NCBI GenBank assembly: GCA_910585045.1
Contig: CAJUCD010000002.1
Coordinates: 73,829 to 137,828 of the forward strand
Origin: an uncultured Bacilli bacterium
GTDB taxonomy: Bacteria; Bacillota_I; Bacilli_A; RF39; UBA660
Length of the DNA stretch: 64,000 nucleotides
Direction: 5' to 3'
Shown in pieces: positions 1 to 9,803 of the stretch. Below the pieces are notes generated by a model. That model made no database searches. It worked only from the letters and a program-made list of their open reading frames with translations, and was not told the origin of the DNA. The position numbers and the translations under genes are program-made. Every line of letters begins with the position of its first letter. Position 1 is the first letter of the stretch.

Positions 1-26
1 GACTATTATAAAATTAAAGTCTTTTT

Positions 27-290
27 TTAATGATTATGTCTATGACATCCACTTTGTTTGTTATGTCCATGACCATTATTACTATGATTATTAACATAAT
101 TGCAATTATTATTTTTTGGACAATTATGTGTATTAGTTGTTTCATCATAGTAAGGACAGCTTTCGTTACTATATGGGCAGTTATGATTAAAGACTAGTGT
201 TTTATTTGCAGAGTTATTATCACCTAATGCATAAGCGGTTGTAAATGCTACAGTAAATGTGATTATTCCTGCTAATAAATATTTTTTCAT
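27..290 (-). CDS. Small secreted Cys/His-rich peptide. Signal peptide, then a mature part of about 65 aa with spaced Cys and a His-rich C-terminus. The likely start is the internal Met, which has a strong RBS.
   Basis: The minus-strand reverse complement shows AGGAGG followed 7 nt later by ATG AAA AAA TAT. The hydrophobic N-terminus is MKKYLLAGIITFTVAFTTAYA. The mature part contains CPYSNESCPY, CPKNNNC and GHGHNKQSGCHRHNH. Confidence 0.55.
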   Translation of the reverse strand: MKKYLLAGIITFTVAFTTAYALGDNNSANKTLVFNHNCPYSNESCPYYDETTNTHNCPKNNNCNYVNNHSNNGHGHNKQSGCHRHNH

Positions 291-422
291 GTTAAGTCCT
301 CCTTTATTCATAATTAATTATATAAATATTATGAGAAGATGTCAATTAGATATACTTTAATAAGAAGTAATTGTTATGCAAGTAATGTTGAGTTTTTGAA
401 GTATTTATGATAGCATAATGTT

Positions 423-1892
423 TTGAGGTGTTTTGTAGTGCAAGATATTGAAAATAGAATTAAAAATTTAATAGATAGTTTGGAATTTAGAAAAAAAGAG
501 TTATTAAATTCAAATAAAGATAGTGATGAATTAAAAGAAATAGATTTAGTTTTAAATAGAGTTAAAGATTTATACCAAGCTTATTTAGAAAAAGATGGAG
601 CTCTTAAACATAAAGTGGCTTTGGAGTTAGTTGCATATGTTAGAAGCCCTATATTTATGAGAATTATTAGAAAATGTAATAAAGGTATTGCAGCTTTTAT
701 GATGTTTGTAATTTTATTCTTGGCAAGTGCTTGTAATTCCAAAAATAGATATTCAGATAATAATAATGATAACGTTATTATTGGAAATACAGATAATTAT
801 CATTTTTGGCATGTTAAATTTGTTAATTTTGATGGAAGTGTTGAACATCAAGAAGTATTAAATTATAGTTTTTTAAAACCACAAATTGTCAAAAAAGTAG
901 ATGGATATAAATTTTTGGGTTGGTTTTTAAATGGACAGTTATATGATTTTAATATGCCAGTTCAAAGTGATTTAGAATTAGAAGCGAGATGGATTCCAGA
1001 AAAGTATCCTAATATAAAAGCATTAAGTGATTCTTTGGAAAACTTAGTTAGAGATTTAGGTTTAAATGGATTAATTTCTTCTAATGCAATTGATGATTTT
1101 ATTTTAGTAGGATTTGATATTCAAGATTTAGGAATTATTTTAGATATTTTAGAAAAAAATAAGGCTTTAGGTTATGATGTAGTGGTAGATTGTAAGGATA
1201 TTAATTTAAATAATTATAAGTTATTAGCAAATCTTCCAAGAGAATTTTTTTATTGGATATCAATTAGTGATGATTTTTCAAATGTTAATTTAGGAGAATA
1301 TCTTCAAGGGTTAAAAATTAATACGTTTGTTTTAGATTATAATGCTAATGTTAGTGAATCTGATTTAAAGAAATTATTACAAGTGAATGGCTTAAACTTA
1401 AAAATATATAGTAAAGTGTTTGATAAATATGCAAAATTAAGTACTTTAGCTTCAAATAGTAATATTGGTTCATTATCTTTGTCTTTAAATGCAAATGCTA
1501 ATGAGCAAGAAGTTGTTTTGCCTAATTATGAAATTGTTTTTGTGAGTAATTCTAATGATGTAAATGCCAATGTTGTTTTTCAAAATGGTTATGTATTAAT
1601 AGATTATGAGAACATGGATAATTTGAATGTTGCGGTTCCTGATAAGACAGTTGTTAGAATATGTTGCCCTAGTTTTGAAGATATTGGTTCTTTAGAGAAT
1701 TTATTTAAAAGTCCTATTTTTACTTCATTAAATAATATGGGTATGTTGGAAGTTTTTTGTTTTGATTTTTATGCAAGAGGAGAAATAACATCAGAAGGTA
1801 TTACTATGTATGACAATAATGGTATAAAATTGGGATATTTTGATGGTGAGAAATATCATAAAGTAAAATATTATGCGAGAACATTGCAATAA
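423..1892 (+). CDS. Surface lipoprotein with a Listeria-Bacteroides repeat (Flg_new-type) domain. The start is uncertain: the ORF-track start is a TTG, and a more plausible ATG lies near 658 just before the lipobox.
   Basis: A lipobox-like LFLASAC follows a hydrophobic stretch. The motif YKFLGWFLNGQLYDFNMPVQSDLELEARW matches the Listeria-Bacteroides repeat pattern. Confidence 0.5.
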   Translation: MRCFVVQDIENRIKNLIDSLEFRKKELLNSNKDSDELKEIDLVLNRVKDLYQAYLEKDGALKHKVALELVAYVRSPIFMRIIRKCNKGIAAFMMFVILFLASACNSKNRYSDNNNDNVIIGNTDNYHFWHVKFVNFDGSVEHQEVLNYSFLKPQIVKKVDGYKFLGWFLNGQLYDFNMPVQSDLELEARWIPEKYPNIKALSDSLENLVRDLGLNGLISSNAIDDFILVGFDIQDLGIILDILEKNKALGYDVVVDCKDINLNNYKLLANLPREFFYWISISDDFSNVNLGEYLQGLKINTFVLDYNANVSESDLKKLLQVNGLNLKIYSKVFDKYAKLSTLASNSNIGSLSLSLNANANEQEVVLPNYEIVFVSNSNDVNANVVFQNGYVLIDYENMDNLNVAVPDKTVVRICCPSFEDIGSLENLFKSPIFTSLNNMGMLEVFCFDFYARGEITSEGITMYDNNGIKLGYFDGEKYHKVKYYARTLQ

Positions 1893-1953
1893 CAAAAGAA
1901 AAACTCTTTTTTTTCGAAGGCGAAAATGTTATAATTTTTAATAGGAGGATACT

Positions 1954-2211
1954 ATGAATAATAAAAAAGAGGGAATAAAGATTTATGAGTTTTGTTTTTT
2001 TGGCGCTGTATTAGTTATTTTAATTTTAATATCTATTTCGATATTTAAAAATAATAAAGTAGATGCTTATTCAAAAAATGATGGTATGTCTTTAGAGGAG
2101 CATTGTAGCAAGGCAATATGCAATGATGACAATACAATGTGTTATACTTATGCTTTAGATGATGGAACAGATATTACTTGGAAAGGCGATTGCTCTAAAT
2201 TAACTAAATAA
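1954..2211 (+). CDS. Small membrane-anchored Cys-containing protein, hypothetical.
   Basis: Strong RBS: AGGAGGATACT then ATG. One N-terminal TM helix. Four Cys in the C-terminal 45 aa. Confidence 0.5.
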   Translation: MNNKKEGIKIYEFCFFGAVLVILILISISIFKNNKVDAYSKNDGMSLEEHCSKAICNDDNTMCYTYALDDGTDITWKGDCSKLTK

Positions 2212-2288
2212 TGGTTGTAGGGTTATATTGTATTTTTTGAAGAAATTTGTTAGAATATTGAATGTACTTATGAAAGTAGGAATTATGT

Positions 2289-2717
2289 ATGCGATATTTA
2301 GGCCTTGATTTAGGCACTAAAACTTTAGGTGTTGCAATAACAGATAAAACAGGAGTTTTGGCAAGGGTTTTAAAAGTTATAAGATTTAATAGTGAGGATT
2401 ATGAATTTGCTGCAAAAGAAGTAATAAATATATTGGGACAGTATGAAATTAGAAAGATTGCTTTAGGATTGCCAAAGAATATGGATAATTCTTGTGGTTT
2501 TGCTAGTAAAAGAAGTTTGGAGTTTAAGAATATTTTAGAGTCAATGACAGATGTGCCAATTATCCTTGTTGATGAGAGATTAACTACATTAGAAGCAGAG
2601 AATATTTTGATAAGTGCTGATGTAAGACGAGAGAATAGAAAAAAAGTTATAGATGGGTTAGCTGCACAAATAATATTAGAAACATTTATAAAAATGGAGG
2701 AAAATAATAATGAATGA
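2289..2717 (+). CDS. ruvX: Holliday-junction resolvase-like / pre-16S rRNA nuclease YqgF (RuvX).
   Basis: The N-terminus LGLDLGTKTLGVAI is the YqgF/RNase H-like signature. Synteny with yrzB and mltG. Confidence 0.85.
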   Translation: MRYLGLDLGTKTLGVAITDKTGVLARVLKVIRFNSEDYEFAAKEVINILGQYEIRKIALGLPKNMDNSCGFASKRSLEFKNILESMTDVPIILVDERLTTLEAENILISADVRRENRKKVIDGLAAQIILETFIKMEENNNE

Positions 2718-2985
2718 TGAAAAAGAGAAATTTTTTACAGTAACTGATGAAAAAGGTAAAGCAACAGAATATGAGATTTTATTTACTTTTGATTCTGATG
2801 AGACAAAGAAGAGTTATATAGTTTTTACTGATAATACTGAGGATGATGCTGGTAGTTTAAATACGTATGCAGCTACTTATAATAAAGATGGTAATAAATT
2901 AGAATTAAAAGATATTAAAACAGATAAAGAATGGGATTTAATTGAGAATTTATTGTCACAATTTGAAGATAAAATGGGAGAATAA
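2710..2985 (+). CDS. DUF1292 family protein (YrzB-like).
   Basis: Small acidic protein with YEILFTFD and YIVFTD motifs. It lies between ruvX and mltG, as yrzB does in Bacillus. Confidence 0.6.
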   Translation: MNDEKEKFFTVTDEKGKATEYEILFTFDSDETKKSYIVFTDNTEDDAGSLNTYAATYNKDGNKLELKDIKTDKEWDLIENLLSQFEDKMGE

Positions 2986-2997
2986 AAAAGAGGTATT

Positions 2998-4071
2998 ATG
3001 AAAAAAAAGATAATTATCGTAGTGGTTTTACTAATTGCTGTTATTTGTGTATTAATTGGAACATATTTTTATGGGCTTACACCAGTTTCAAAGGATAATA
3101 AAATAGTAGAATTTAAAATTAGTTCTGGAACTAGTAAACTAGATATAGTGGATAATTTAAAGGAACAAGGTTTAATTAAAAGTAAAATATCATTATATAT
3201 TTATGTTTTATTAAATCGTAATTTAAATTTACAAGCAGGAACTTATGAAATTAGTGCCAATATGCGAGCAGATGAAATTTTAAAGAAAATAAATGATGGT
3301 AAAATAAAAGAAGTTAAAAATACTTTTAATTTAAAATTTATTGAAGGTAAAAGGTTAACTAATTATGTAAATATTATAGCAGAAGCTACAAAGAGTACAA
3401 AAGAAGAAGTTTTAGCTGTATTAAATGATAAAGCTTATTTGCAGGAGTTAATTAATAAATATTGGTTTTTGACTGATGAAATATTAAATGAGGGTATTTA
3501 TTATCCTTTGGAAGGCTATTTATTTGCAGATACATACGAGTTGTATAATGGAAGTACTATTAAAGATATAGTTGGTAGAATGTTAGATGGAATGAATGAT
3601 AAATTAACAAGTCTAAAAAATGAAATAGAAGCTTCTAATTATAGTGTTCACGAAATACTTACATTGGCTAGTATTGTGGAAAGTGAAGGCGCTAATTCTG
3701 ATGATCGAGCTGGCGTTGCAGGAGTATTTTATAATCGTTTAAAAATAGGTGATTCTTTAGGTAGTGATGTTACAACTTATTATGGAGCTAAAGTAGAAAT
3801 GAGCGAAAGAGATTTATATATAAGTGAAATAAATGATTGCAGTAATGGTTATAATACACGTGGGTTATGTAATAAAGGAAAATTACCTATAGGACCAATA
3901 AGCTCGCCAAGTTTTGAATCAATTAAAGCGGTAGTAAATCCAAGTGAACATGATTTTTATTTCTTTGTAGCAGATAAAAATAAAAAGACATATTTTACAA
4001 AGACTAACCAAGAACATATAAATAAAGTAAATGAATTAAAGAATAAAGGTTTATGGTATCAATATAAATAA
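2998..4071 (+). CDS. mltG: Endolytic murein transglycosylase MltG (YceG family).
   Basis: N-terminal TM helix, YceG-like domain, and synteny. Confidence 0.8.
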   Translation: MKKKIIIVVVLLIAVICVLIGTYFYGLTPVSKDNKIVEFKISSGTSKLDIVDNLKEQGLIKSKISLYIYVLLNRNLNLQAGTYEISANMRADEILKKINDGKIKEVKNTFNLKFIEGKRLTNYVNIIAEATKSTKEEVLAVLNDKAYLQELINKYWFLTDEILNEGIYYPLEGYLFADTYELYNGSTIKDIVGRMLDGMNDKLTSLKNEIEASNYSVHEILTLASIVESEGANSDDRAGVAGVFYNRLKIGDSLGSDVTTYYGAKVEMSERDLYISEINDCSNGYNTRGLCNKGKLPIGPISSPSFESIKAVVNPSEHDFYFFVADKNKKTYFTKTNQEHINKVNELKNKGLWYQYK

Positions 4072-4080
4072 GGAGACTAT

Positions 4081-4677
4081 ATGAAAGATTTAATAATAGA
4101 GATGGAGCAATACGCCTCCCTTCACAATGTACCCATAATTGAAAAAGAGTCTATTACTTTTATAATGAAGTATATTAAGGCTAATAAGATTAAAAATATT
4201 TTAGAAATAGGAAGTGCTATAGGTTATTCAGCAATATTAATGGCAAGCACAGCTCAGGATGTTACAGTAACAACTATTGAAAGAGATGATACGCGTTATA
4301 TGGAATGTTTGAAGAATGTTAAAAAATGTGGTTTTGAACAGAAAATTAATGTGGTTTTTCAGGATGCTTTAGATGTTAATTTAACTGATGTTAGTTATGA
4401 TTTGATATTTATTGATGCTGCTAAAAGTCAATCTATTAAGTTTTTTGAAAAGTTTAAGTATTTTTTGAAAGATAATGGAACAATTATTACAGATAATTTA
4501 AAATTTCATGGAAATGTTGGAAAATCTAGTGAAATTGAATCTAAAAATTTAAGAAGTTTAGTAGGTAAAATTGAAAACTATATTGAATTTTTAAAGAATA
4601 ATCCAGAATTTGAGACTAAGTTTTATAACGTTGGTGATGGATTATCAGTGAGTGTAAAAAAAGATGAAAAAAAATAA
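4081..4677 (+). CDS. trmR: Class I SAM-dependent O-methyltransferase, YrrM/TrmR-like (tRNA ho5U to mo5U methyltransferase family).
   Basis: The SAM-binding motif ILEIGSAIGYS, an O-methyltransferase family 3 pattern, and a conserved position ahead of the two U32 genes. Confidence 0.65.
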   Translation: MKDLIIEMEQYASLHNVPIIEKESITFIMKYIKANKIKNILEIGSAIGYSAILMASTAQDVTVTTIERDDTRYMECLKNVKKCGFEQKINVVFQDALDVNLTDVSYDLIFIDAAKSQSIKFFEKFKYFLKDNGTIITDNLKFHGNVGKSSEIESKNLRSLVGKIENYIEFLKNNPEFETKFYNVGDGLSVSVKKDEKK

Positions 4678-5464
4678 TATATTATTGTTAGTAAATAATT
4701 TAGATATTGTGAAAGATTTAAAAGAAGAAAGTAATATTACTTTCCTTTTTCCTGTTAGTGAGTTTAGTGTGGGATTTGAAAGAACTTTTAGGGTTGAAGA
4801 GATTCCAGAAGGTTTTATTTTTGTAAATAGAATATTAGATAATGAGGGAATTGAAAAATTTAAGAAATTTATAGGAGCTTTACCTTCTAATATTAAAGGA
4901 ATAGTTTTTGATGATGTAGGCGTTTTAAATGTTTTATTAAAAGTTAATCTTAATATTACAAAAATATTATTTTTAAATCATTTAAATTGCAATTATGAAA
5001 GTGTTAATGCTTATTTAGATTTTGTTGATAGTGTAGTAGTGAGTACAGATATTACTATCGAAGAAATTGATGAGATTTTAAAGAAAGCTAAGAAACCAGT
5101 AGTTTTGTATACTTTCGGTCATATTAATATTATGTATTCTAGAAGAACACTTTTAACAAATTATAATAATCATTTTAAAAAGGATGTTCCAACTATAGCA
5201 GATTTGACAGAAAAAATTAGTGGAAAAAAATTTAAAGCTCAAGAGAGCATTTATGGGACAGTTATATATACAAATGAACCTTTTAATGGTCTAGAATTAC
5301 GAAATAGAGAAAATGTTTTGTTTAATTTAATAAATATGACTTTTTTTACCAATGAGAAAATGCTAGAGATAATTAAGAGTGATAGTAATTTAGAAGATAA
5401 ATATCCCTATAAGTATTTGAGTGCTGAAAAAACAATTGTTAAAATTAGTGATATTAAAGATTAA
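4664..5464 (+). CDS. Peptidase U32 family protein, YrrN-like partner subunit.
   Basis: Position and size match B. subtilis yrrN. It overlaps trmR by 14 nt. Confidence 0.5.
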   Translation: MKKNNILLLVNNLDIVKDLKEESNITFLFPVSEFSVGFERTFRVEEIPEGFIFVNRILDNEGIEKFKKFIGALPSNIKGIVFDDVGVLNVLLKVNLNITKILFLNHLNCNYESVNAYLDFVDSVVVSTDITIEEIDEILKKAKKPVVLYTFGHINIMYSRRTLLTNYNNHFKKDVPTIADLTEKISGKKFKAQESIYGTVIYTNEPFNGLELRNRENVLFNLINMTFFTNEKMLEIIKSDSNLEDKYPYKYLSAEKTIVKISDIKD

Positions 5465-5508
5465 ATTTTTAGAATAGCAATAAGAATGGATATAGTTTGG
5501 AGGCTAAT

Positions 5509-6696
5509 ATGATAGAATTACTAGCACCAGCAGGTAATTTAGATAGACTTAAAATAGCTTATCTTTATGGAGCTGATGCCACATATATTGGAGGATATAA
5601 TTATTCTTTGAGAGCTAATGCAATTAATTTTAGTGCAGAAGAATTAAAAGAAGCAGTAGAGTTTGCACATAGCTTAAATAAAAAAGTTTATGTAACAGTA
5701 AATATTGTACTACATAATAGTGATTTGGCAGGTTTAAAAGAGTATTTATTAGAATTAGAAAGTATAGGGGTTGATGCTGTAATAGTAAGTGATATTGCAG
5801 TTATTAATGTAATTAAAAATAATAATATTAATTTAGAAGTACATGTTTCAACACAAGCTAGTACCTTAAACTATGAGGCAGCTTTATTTTATAAATCATT
5901 AGGAGCTAAAAGAGTGGTTTTGGCAAGAGAGGCTACTAAAGATGATATAAAGATAATCAAAGATAAAACAGGTCTTGATTTGGAATGCTTTATTCAGGGG
6001 GCTATGTGTACTAGTTTTAGTGGGAAATGTGTATTATCAAATGTTGCAACTAATAGAGATTCTAATCGTGGTGGTTGTGCACAAATATGTCGATGGACTT
6101 TTGATATAAATAATGAAAATAATGTATTTAGTATGACACCTAAAGACCTTAATATGGCAGTATATCTAAAACAAATGATGGATATTGGAGTTAATTCTTT
6201 TAAAGTAGAAGGTAGAATGCGTTCGGTTTATTATATAGCAACTGTAATTTATGAATATCGTAATTTGTTTGATAAAATAAAAAGTAATACTTTAACTGAA
6301 AATGACATATTATATTCTAATGATGTCATTAATAGATGTGCTAATAGGGAAAGTGTACCACAATTCTTTGATGGGCAACCAACAGAAAAAGAGCAATATT
6401 ATTTAGGGAGAGATGAAGTTTCTAATCAAGATTTCTTAGGAATAGTATTGGATTCTTTAGAAGATAAGATTTTAATTGAGGAACGTAATTATTTTAAAGT
6501 TGGAGATGAAGTGGAATTTTTTGGGCCAGGAATTGAAACTTTTTCTTATAAGATTGGGGAAATTTTGGATGAGAAGATGGAGTGTATTGAAGTTGCAAGA
6601 CATCCTAGAATGCATGTTTATTTACGACATGATAAGAAACTTCCAAAGGGTACTATGATGCGATTAAAAGTATTTGACAAAAAGATGTATTTGTAG
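5509..6696 (+). CDS. Peptidase U32 family protein, YrrO/PrtC-like (tRNA U34 hydroxylation-associated).
   Basis: ELLAPAGNLDRLKIAYLYGADA is the U32 N-terminal signature. GGAGG sits 5 nt upstream of the ATG at 5509. The ORF-track start at 5497 is a TTG. Confidence 0.8.
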   Translation: MIELLAPAGNLDRLKIAYLYGADATYIGGYNYSLRANAINFSAEELKEAVEFAHSLNKKVYVTVNIVLHNSDLAGLKEYLLELESIGVDAVIVSDIAVINVIKNNNINLEVHVSTQASTLNYEAALFYKSLGAKRVVLAREATKDDIKIIKDKTGLDLECFIQGAMCTSFSGKCVLSNVATNRDSNRGGCAQICRWTFDINNENNVFSMTPKDLNMAVYLKQMMDIGVNSFKVEGRMRSVYYIATVIYEYRNLFDKIKSNTLTENDILYSNDVINRCANRESVPQFFDGQPTEKEQYYLGRDEVSNQDFLGIVLDSLEDKILIEERNYFKVGDEVEFFGPGIETFSYKIGEILDEKMECIEVARHPRMHVYLRHDKKLPKGTMMRLKVFDKKMYL

Positions 6697-6735
6697 TATT
6701 CTTTTGTAGTACAAAATTTATTTCGAGGTGAAAGA

Positions 6736-7203
6736 ATGAAAAAAGAAAATAAAGTAGTATTAACTCCGCAGGGTTATTTGGAACTAGAAGCAGAGTTAAA
6801 TGATTTGAAGTTAAATAAAAGACCAGAAGTAATAAGTTCACTTAAATATGCACGTAGTTTAGGGGATTTATCAGAGAATGCTGATTATGATGCAGCACGT
6901 AATGAGCAAGCTCAATTAGAAAGTAGAATTAAAGAGTTAGAATATAAATTGGAACATTGTGAAATTGTAGATAATAAAGATAAAAATGTTGCTAATGTAG
7001 GTTCTACAATTGTTGTAGAGTATGATGAAGATGATACAGAAGAATTTAAAATTGTAGGTTCTTTAGAAGCTGATCCGTTTAATAATAAGATTTCAAATGA
7101 ATCACCAATAGGTAAGGCTGTTATTGGACATAAAGCAGGTGAAAAAATCATGGTTGATAGTCCAAATGGTTCATATGAAGTGCTTCTTAAGAGTGTTGCC
7201 TAA
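6736..7203 (+). CDS. greA: Transcription elongation factor GreA.
   Basis: The coiled-coil N-domain and the GreA C-terminal signature, including motifs ARSLGDLSENADYDAAR and IGKAVIGHKAGE. RBS GAGGTGA. Confidence 0.9.
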   Translation: MKKENKVVLTPQGYLELEAELNDLKLNKRPEVISSLKYARSLGDLSENADYDAARNEQAQLESRIKELEYKLEHCEIVDNKDKNVANVGSTIVVEYDEDDTEEFKIVGSLEADPFNNKISNESPIGKAVIGHKAGEKIMVDSPNGSYEVLLKSVA

Positions 7204-7319
7204 AAATTTGTTGTAATTTAAAATTAAATATGTTATAATTTTTTAGAACCCAAGAAAATAATCCGCTTATTTTGATAATGATTATTGGTTTAATAAATAT
7301 AGAGAAAGGATGTTGTTTG

Positions 7320-7682
7320 ATGGCAAATTTAGTTGATAAGATTAATAGCAAGCATATCAAAAAAGACATACCAGAATTTCGTGTTGGAGATACTGTTCGA
7401 GTAGACGTATGGGTTAAAGAAGGAAAAAAAGAAAGAATTCAAGCATTTGAAGGTTTAGTAATTGCTAAAAAAGGTGCTGGAATATCTGAGACTTTTTCAG
7501 TAAGAAAAAAATCTGGAGGAGTTGGGGTAGTTCGTGTTTTTCCTGTTAATACTCCTACAATTGATAAAATTGTGGTAATTAAAAAAGGTTTGGTTAGACG
7601 TGCTAAACTTAATTTTATTAAAGATATGCGTAAAGAATATCGTGTTAAAGAAAGAAACGATAGTGTTAAAGCTGAGAATTAA
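7320..7682 (+). CDS. rplS: 50S ribosomal protein L19.
   Basis: L19 motifs FRVGDTVRV and ISETFSVRK. The likely start MANLV has an RBS AGAAAGGA. The track start at 7272 is probably too far upstream. Confidence 0.85.
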   Translation: MANLVDKINSKHIKKDIPEFRVGDTVRVDVWVKEGKKERIQAFEGLVIAKKGAGISETFSVRKKSGGVGVVRVFPVNTPTIDKIVVIKKGLVRRAKLNFIKDMRKEYRVKERNDSVKAEN

Positions 7683-7690
7683 GAAATTAA
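7666..7690 (+). terminator. Rho-independent terminator after rplS.
   Basis: Hairpin GAATTAA-GAAA-TTAATTC followed by T7. Confidence 0.6.
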
Positions 7691-7799
7691 TTCTTTTTTT
7701 CTACCTAAAATTGGAGTATAGATAAGTAAACTAATAAGGAAAAATATTTACTAAATTATAAAAAAGTGGTACTATTAATTCAGGATAAATGGTGATTTT

Positions 7800-8282
7800 A
7801 TGAAAATAGTAAAAAGCTTAATGCCTTACATTGTTATTGTAATCGTAGTTATATTAATTAGAAGTTTTATTGTAACGCCAGTTAAAGTTAATGGTTCTAG
7901 TATGTACCCAACTTTAGATGGTGGAGAAATAATGTTTTTAAATAAACTAGCTAAGCTAAAAAGATTTGATATAGTAGTGTTGCAAATTGATAGAGAAAAT
8001 GAAGATTTAATTAAAAGAATTATTGGTCTTCCAGGAGAAAAGGTTAAGATTTTAAATAATAAAATTTATATTAATGATGAAGTTTTGGAAGATAAATATG
8101 GTTTTGGAGAAACAAATGACATGGATGAGATTACTTTAGCAGATGATGAATATTTAGTTTTGGGTGATAATCGAAAGATTTCTCTTGATTCTAGAGTTTT
8201 TGGAGCAGTAAAAGAAGATGCTATAAAAGGTACTGCAGATTTTGTAATGTATCCATTTAAGAATTTTGGAAAAGTAGAGTAA
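7800..8282 (+). CDS. lepB: Signal peptidase I (S26).
   Basis: N-terminal TM helix, the GSSMYPTL catalytic Ser motif, and the GDNR motif. Confidence 0.85.
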   Translation: MKIVKSLMPYIVIVIVVILIRSFIVTPVKVNGSSMYPTLDGGEIMFLNKLAKLKRFDIVVLQIDRENEDLIKRIIGLPGEKVKILNNKIYINDEVLEDKYGFGETNDMDEITLADDEYLVLGDNRKISLDSRVFGAVKEDAIKGTADFVMYPFKNFGKVE

Positions 8283-8298
8283 ATTTTTGATTAGGTAA

Positions 8299-8754
8299 AT
8301 GGCCATGATAAATAGAATTTTAATGGAATTATTTGATGATTATGAAAAAAATAATGTAGATAGTTTAATAAATTTTACTAATAAAACATTTCCTAAAAAT
8401 GGAACAGATAAACTTTTTATAGGATGTGTTTTAATAATGTTTTCTAGGGCTGTTGGCTTTAAACCAAGATATTATGTCTCACGTGAAAATCTTCTTTCTA
8501 TTGTTTTATCTTCAAAGGAGAAAATAGGAACAACTAATTTATTAGCATTTTATGTAGAGAGAGTAAATACTAAGAAAGGAATTAGTAATTATTTGAAAGA
8601 TGTTGTAAATGATGAAAAACTTGATACATATAGCGATGTAATTATTGACTATTTGGAATATTTTAAACCGCAATTTATAGAAGAATTAAGAATACATAAA
8701 GGTATTGATAAATATGTTAAATATAAATCTATAGAAAAGATTGACAATAATTGA
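8299..8754 (+). CDS. Hypothetical protein.
   Basis: ORF with no recognisable motif. It begins an accessory patch. Confidence 0.35.
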   Translation: MAMINRILMELFDDYEKNNVDSLINFTNKTFPKNGTDKLFIGCVLIMFSRAVGFKPRYYVSRENLLSIVLSSKEKIGTTNLLAFYVERVNTKKGISNYLKDVVNDEKLDTYSDVIIDYLEYFKPQFIEELRIHKGIDKYVKYKSIEKIDNN

Positions 8755-8769
8755 AGATTACTTGGAAGG

Positions 8770-9303
8770 ATGAAGTTGGTGGCAAATAAAAAATTAAATT
8801 TAGATAGTATTAAAATAGTTATTTTTGATTTTGATGATACTTTAGCTATTCATAAAGACAGAGATTATGCAAAACGTCGTATTAAAGATGATAATATTTA
8901 TTTAGATTATTGTTTAAAGGCATATTTAAATCCTGAAATATTTTATGAGACTATAGAACCGTGTTTAGTAATGGAATCATTGCAAAAGTTTATTAAAATA
9001 TGTGAAAAAAGTAACATTAAAATGTATTGCGTATCTAAATTGAAATTTTCTTTTAATTTGAAAGCAAAACAGGCTTTTGTACATAAACATTATAGTACTA
9101 ATATTGAAGTAATATCGTCTGGAACTCAAGAATTAAAATGTGAAGCAGTGAAAATTATTCAGCGTATTAATAAGTGTGATTTAAATGAAATATTATTTGT
9201 AGATGACATGAAAGATAATATTATTAGATTTAAGAATATGGGAATATATGCTTTGTTACCAGAAGAAGTTGATAAATTGATTATAAATATGAAAGATGAG
9301 TGA
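8770..9303 (+). CDS. HAD-superfamily hydrolase-like protein.
   Basis: HAD motif I DxDxT in IVIFDFDDTLA, and motif IV FVDD. Confidence 0.5.
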   Translation: MKLVANKKLNLDSIKIVIFDFDDTLAIHKDRDYAKRRIKDDNIYLDYCLKAYLNPEIFYETIEPCLVMESLQKFIKICEKSNIKMYCVSKLKFSFNLKAKQAFVHKHYSTNIEVISSGTQELKCEAVKIIQRINKCDLNEILFVDDMKDNIIRFKNMGIYALLPEEVDKLIINMKDE

Positions 9304-9722
9304 TAAACGTTATGAAAGATTTAATGAAAACAAATTGTTATGATATTGAAGATACAATGATTATAGTGGGAAGTTGTTTACAAAGAATGCAACCTAAGGC
9401 GTATAATGAATTACAAAAAGTAACTATTAATATTTATGATGTGTGTTTAGAATGTATTCATTTAAATATGGTTATCACAAAGATTATAGGTATGCTTTGT
9501 AGAGTAAATGTTAAGCGTCTGATTTTCGCTTCTGTAGATAAATCGCCGCATTGTGTTCAATTGCATTATATTGAAAATGAGATAAGAAAAGCTATGAATA
9601 TAGACTGTATTGAAATTGTTCATTATGTAGCTATAGATAATGAGCTTATTAAAATAGAAAATGATACAATAAAAAAATCTAAAGCTCTTGGTGAATTAGA
9701 AAGAGAAAAGGTGTTAAATTAG
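9300..9722 (+). CDS. Hypothetical protein.
   Basis: Its start overlaps the stop of the previous gene. No recognised domain. Confidence 0.35.
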   Translation: MINVMKDLMKTNCYDIEDTMIIVGSCLQRMQPKAYNELQKVTINIYDVCLECIHLNMVITKIIGMLCRVNVKRLIFASVDKSPHCVQLHYIENEIRKAMNIDCIEIVHYVAIDNELIKIENDTIKKSKALGELEREKVLN

Positions 9723-9793
9723 ATGAGATAAGTTCTATAAAAATAGATAGGATAAAACCTATTGAAGAAAGAATATTAAATTTATATAGATAG
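9721..9793 (+). pseudogene. Remnant of a paralog of the small ORF at 11031..11309.
   Basis: It translates to DEISSIKIDRIKPIEERILNLYR, which matches DVDEISSIKIDRRKPSNERILDF...ENLYR of the 11031 ORF with an internal deletion. Confidence 0.6.
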
Positions 9794-9803
9794 ATAAATT
9801 GAA

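Noticed and set aside
423-657. An N-terminal 78-aa extension of the lipoprotein ORF, starting at TTG 423.
   Set aside because: The lipobox and signal peptide begin near residue 80, and there is no convincing RBS at 423. The true start is more likely an internal ATG near 658. I kept the longer coordinates but flagged the uncertainty rather than calling a separate gene.
7204-7319. A possible L19 leader regulatory RNA upstream of rplS.
   Set aside because: A TTGTAA-N17-TATAAT promoter-like element is present. I cannot verify the conserved L19-leader structure by eye, so it is not reported as a feature.
6653-7369. The short minus-strand ORFs at 6653..6841, 6912..7151 and 7187..7369 from the six-frame track.
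   Set aside because: They lie entirely inside or antisense to well-supported + strand genes (the U32 peptidase, greA and rplS upstream). They have no RBS and a low-complexity composition typical of AT-rich antisense frames.
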